Source of the DNA: an uncultured cyanobacterium
GTDB lineage: Bacteria; Cyanobacteriota; Cyanobacteriia; PCC-6307; Cyanobiaceae
Direction: 5' to 3'
Assembly: GCA_963765575.1 (NCBI GenBank)
Contig: CAVXWZ010000011.1
Coordinates: forward strand, 608,001-672,000
DNA: 64,000 nt
The notes under the pieces are model-generated. The model was not told the DNA's origin, did no database searches, and worked only from the letters and a program-made list of their open reading frames with translations. Shown in pieces: positions 61,253 through 64,000 of this stretch; position 1 is the first letter of the stretch, and the number at the start of each line of letters is the position of its first letter. The translations under genes were made by a program, and so were the position numbers.

Positions 61253-62332
61253 CTAACGGGAATCGCTGCGATCCTTCTTGACTGCGGGCGCCAGCGGATT
61301 GACGGATCGCGCCATCGAAGTTGGTGGAGGCTGTTGGCTTGCCAACCGGAACGCGCCGGGGGTCTGGCCGGACCAGCGTCTGAAGGCCCGCTGGAAGGCA
61401 CTCTGCTCGGAGAAGCCGCTCAGAAAAGCAATCTCAATCAGGGGGTAGTCGCTATCCCGCAGCAGGCTCTCAGCGAGCCGTCGCCTGGTGCTGCCGATCA
61501 ACCCCTGGAAGGACTGGCCCTTCGCCATCAACCGGCGCTGCAGGGAGCGGCCACTGATCCCCAGCTCCCCGGCGATCGTGCTGATCGCCGGGACGCCTTC
61601 ACTCAGCGACTGAGCGATCAGGGTCTGCACGCGGCGCTCCAGGGAAATCGGCTCCTGAATCTGGGTCAGCTCCGCATCGAGATGGGCATCGATGTAGCGC
61701 GACACACTGACGTCGCCGATGCGGCTGGTCGTCTGCATCGCCGCCTGTTCAAACACCAGGCTGTCCTCAGCGGCCCCGAAGTGCACGGCGCATCCGAAGA
61801 AGTGTTCGTGGGCGGTGGGATTGGCTGGGGCCGGATGGCTGAAATGAACACACTGGGGGGTGATGGGCTGGGCCGTGATCTCGCCAGCAAGGGTGTACAG
61901 ACTCGCCAACGTGGCCTCATTGGAGAGATACAGACCCAGGCGTCGTTCGCCTGCACGATGATGCACAAGCGCGGTGGATTGGGATCCATCCCGCAGCTCA
62001 TAACGGGCCACGCTGGTGAGCACCTTGGCGTAGCGAACCGCCCGCTCGTAGGCGTGCCGGAGTGTTGTCGCCGACTTCATCGCCAGGCCGATGGCGCCGT
62101 AGTCGCTGCAACGCATCGAGGCGCCGGTGCGCAGGGGCAGGTCGTCGATGCAGGCATCAAGGCCGGCGATCTTTTCCAGGAGTTCATAATAATCGATGTC
62201 CACAACCATCTGCCGAGGGTCCCAGGCGCTGGCGGGATCGACGCCCACGTTCCGCAGCAGGTCATCCTGATCGATGCCGTCGCTCACCTGAGCGACCATC
62301 TTTCGCACAAACAGGGAGGTGACGTGACCCAA
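61253..62332 (-). CDS. AraC family transcriptional regulator
   Basis: DYGAIGLA N-terminal domain, SGRSLQRRL, IAFLSGFSEQSAFQRAFRRWSGQTP; TTG start (MGHVTSLF) preferred. Confidence 0.92.
   Translation of the reverse strand: MGHVTSLFVRKMVAQVSDGIDQDDLLRNVGVDPASAWDPRQMVVDIDYYELLEKIAGLDACIDDLPLRTGASMRCSDYGAIGLAMKSATTLRHAYERAVRYAKVLTSVARYELRDGSQSTALVHHRAGERRLGLYLSNEATLASLYTLAGEITAQPITPQCVHFSHPAPANPTAHEHFFGCAVHFGAAEDSLVFEQAAMQTTSRIGDVSVSRYIDAHLDAELTQIQEPISLERRVQTLIAQSLSEGVPAISTIAGELGISGRSLQRRLMAKGQSFQGLIGSTRRRLAESLLRDSDYPLIEIAFLSGFSEQSAFQRAFRRWSGQTPGAFRLASQQPPPTSMARSVNPLAPAVKKDRSDSR
61278..61314 (-). promoter_or_regulatory. Tandem direct repeat TGGCGC-N5-GTCAA x2 (21-bp period), candidate AraC operator
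   Basis: TGGCGCGATCCGTCAA and TGGCGCCCGCAGTCAA on the minus strand, about 80-115 bp upstream of the NmrA-like ATG. Confidence 0.65.
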
Positions 62333-62525
62333 GGCACTGGCTGGCCGCTCGGTGACGGCCTTCACGCAGGTTTGGACTGTAGCGAGACCCATTCATTGCT
62401 GCAGGGCAAGGGAGCAGCATGACCATGCGCTATGAAGCACCAAGAAGGTTGGATTACACTCAGATTGTCCTCGGCTTGATTCCTGGCTTAAGCCTCAAAG
62501 TCCAGCGCTACAAGCAGACACAATC

Positions 62526-62828
62526 ATGATCATGTTTCGTACGCTGCTGATCACCATCTTTGTTGTCATCACTGGCTGCACCCTGGTCACCATCAGCCGG
62601 GAAGGCCTCAATCTCTTGCCCGTCTTTTTTGGGGCTATGGCCACGATGCAGTGGCCAGGACAGTTCAACCTTGACTTCACCTGCCTGCTGTTGCTCTCAG
62701 GTCTGTGGATCAGCTGGCGGCATCAATTCTCACCGGGCGGCGTGGTCCTGGGCCTGGTGGCCACCGTGGGTGGTGGCCTGTCCCTGAGCGTCGACCTGCT
62801 GTTCGGGCCCAGCCGCGCCGCAGCTTGA
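62526..62828 (+). CDS. Hypothetical membrane protein
   Basis: Three hydrophobic segments, WPGQFNLDF and WISWRH motifs; divergent from AraC. Confidence 0.65.
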   Translation: MIMFRTLLITIFVVITGCTLVTISREGLNLLPVFFGAMATMQWPGQFNLDFTCLLLLSGLWISWRHQFSPGGVVLGLVATVGGGLSLSVDLLFGPSRAAA

Positions 62829-62874
62829 GTGAAGCCTCTCCCAGTCCTGGTCCGATCCCAACGCCAGTCCGCCC

Positions 62875-63849
62875 ATGAAAGCCTGCCTCTATCACCGCTA
62901 TGGCTCCCCCGATGTCCTGAACCTTGAGGAGATCGACAAACCCATCCCCAAGGCCAACGAGGTGTTGATCAAAATCCTCGCCACCACCGTCACCTCGGGT
63001 GACTGGCGGCTGCGCAGCCTGGAGGTGCCAGCCGGATTTGGGTTGATCATCCGCCTGGTGGCGGGGCTGAAGCGACCACGGCAACCGATCCTGGGTTCGG
63101 AGCTGGCGGGGCTGGTGGAGGCGACGGGCCAGGACGCGAGCCGCTTCCAGGTGGGCGATGAGGTCGTTGCGTTCAGCGATCTCGCCCTGGGGTGCCATGC
63201 CGAGTACCGCTGCCTGCCGGAGCACGGGAGCGTGGTCCTCAAACCCAGATCGCTCAGCTTCCAGGAGGCCGCCGCACTGTCGTTCGGTGGCACCACGGCC
63301 CTGGATTTCCTGCGTCGCGCCCGCCTGAAATCGGGGGAGAGGCTGCTGGTCGTTGGCGCCTCCGGGGCGGTCGGCAGCGCCGCCGTGCAGCTCGCCTGTC
63401 ACCTGGGAGCGGAGGTGACGGCCGTGTGCAGCACCCGCAATCAGGAGCTGGTGCGATTCCTGGGTGCCCACCAGGTGATCGATTACACCCGGGACGACTT
63501 CACCCGTGATGGTCAGACCTACGACGTGATTCTCGATGCCGTCGGCACGGCTCCCTTCGCGCGCTCCCGGGCGTCGCTGCGGCCAGGGGGGCGCCTGCTG
63601 CTCGTGGTGGCGGGCCTCCCCGCCCTGATGCTCAGTGGCTGGCAGACCCTCACCACCGACAAACGGGTGATTGCCGGGCCAGCCAGTGTGAAGCCCGGTG
63701 ACCTGGCCCATCTCGCTGAGCTGGCCGACGCTGGGGCCTTCCGGCCCGTCGTGGATCGCTGTTATCCCTTTGAGCAGATTCCGGAGGCCCACCGCTATGT
63801 CGACAGCGGCCACAAGCGGGGCAATGTGGTGATCACGCTGGATCCCTGA
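62875..63849 (+). CDS. NAD(P)-dependent alcohol dehydrogenase / quinone oxidoreductase-like (MDR family)
   Basis: YGSPDVL, ILGSELAG, GASGAVGSAAVQLA, IDYT, HKRGNVVI. Confidence 0.92.
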   Translation: MKACLYHRYGSPDVLNLEEIDKPIPKANEVLIKILATTVTSGDWRLRSLEVPAGFGLIIRLVAGLKRPRQPILGSELAGLVEATGQDASRFQVGDEVVAFSDLALGCHAEYRCLPEHGSVVLKPRSLSFQEAAALSFGGTTALDFLRRARLKSGERLLVVGASGAVGSAAVQLACHLGAEVTAVCSTRNQELVRFLGAHQVIDYTRDDFTRDGQTYDVILDAVGTAPFARSRASLRPGGRLLLVVAGLPALMLSGWQTLTTDKRVIAGPASVKPGDLAHLAELADAGAFRPVVDRCYPFEQIPEAHRYVDSGHKRGNVVITLDP

Positions 63850-63866
63850 GCTTGTGGAGTGGCCGC

Positions 63867-64000
63867 TCAGATCAGGGAGTGCAGCCCGATCGGATTGCCT
63901 TCGGTGTCGCGCACCACGGAGATGAAGCCGAATGCGCCGATTGCCATTTTGGGACGATTCACTGTACCCCCGGCGGAGACCACCCGGCTCTCTTCCACGG
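63867..64000 (-). CDS. VOC/glyoxalase family protein, C-terminal part (partial)
   Basis: VEESRVVSAGGTVNRPKMAIGAFGFISVVRDTEGNPIGLHSLI*. Confidence 0.8.
   Translation of the reverse strand, partial: VEESRVVSAGGTVNRPKMAIGAFGFISVVRDTEGNPIGLHSLI

Overview
High-GC chromosomal window from a picocyanobacterium, most likely Cyanobium/Synechococcus-like. This is inferred from gene content: petH with a CpcD domain, zwf-opcA, sasA, bciB, crtL and crtE. Positions 1-55000 are mostly core housekeeping genes: gyrA end, crtL, a GH57 enzyme, leuA, folD, crtE, cobB, opcA, zwf, petH, tRNA-Glu, sasA, pepN, prs, bciB, malQ, a group-2 sigma factor, cbiT, cdsA, clpC, rimI, lysA-cdaA-uppS-bioB-trhO. A few oddities are embedded among them: a hidden galE relic, a PGM1-like ATP-grasp gene coupled to a 7TM-HD phosphodiesterase, and an orphan ParB-like gene between folD and crtE. 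From about 55000 the region is accessory. The most notable element is a visibly lower-GC island at about 55900-57760 that reads as an integron gene-cassette array with no integrase in the window. It has one well-formed 90-bp attC site closing a DUF4160/DUF2442 toxin-antitoxin-like cassette, several degenerate attC-like sites, and a decayed 2H-phosphoesterase-like cassette. An AraC/NmrA/MDR-dehydrogenase/VOC island with a tandem operator follows. All calls come from reading motifs by eye and recalling protein families; no searches were run.
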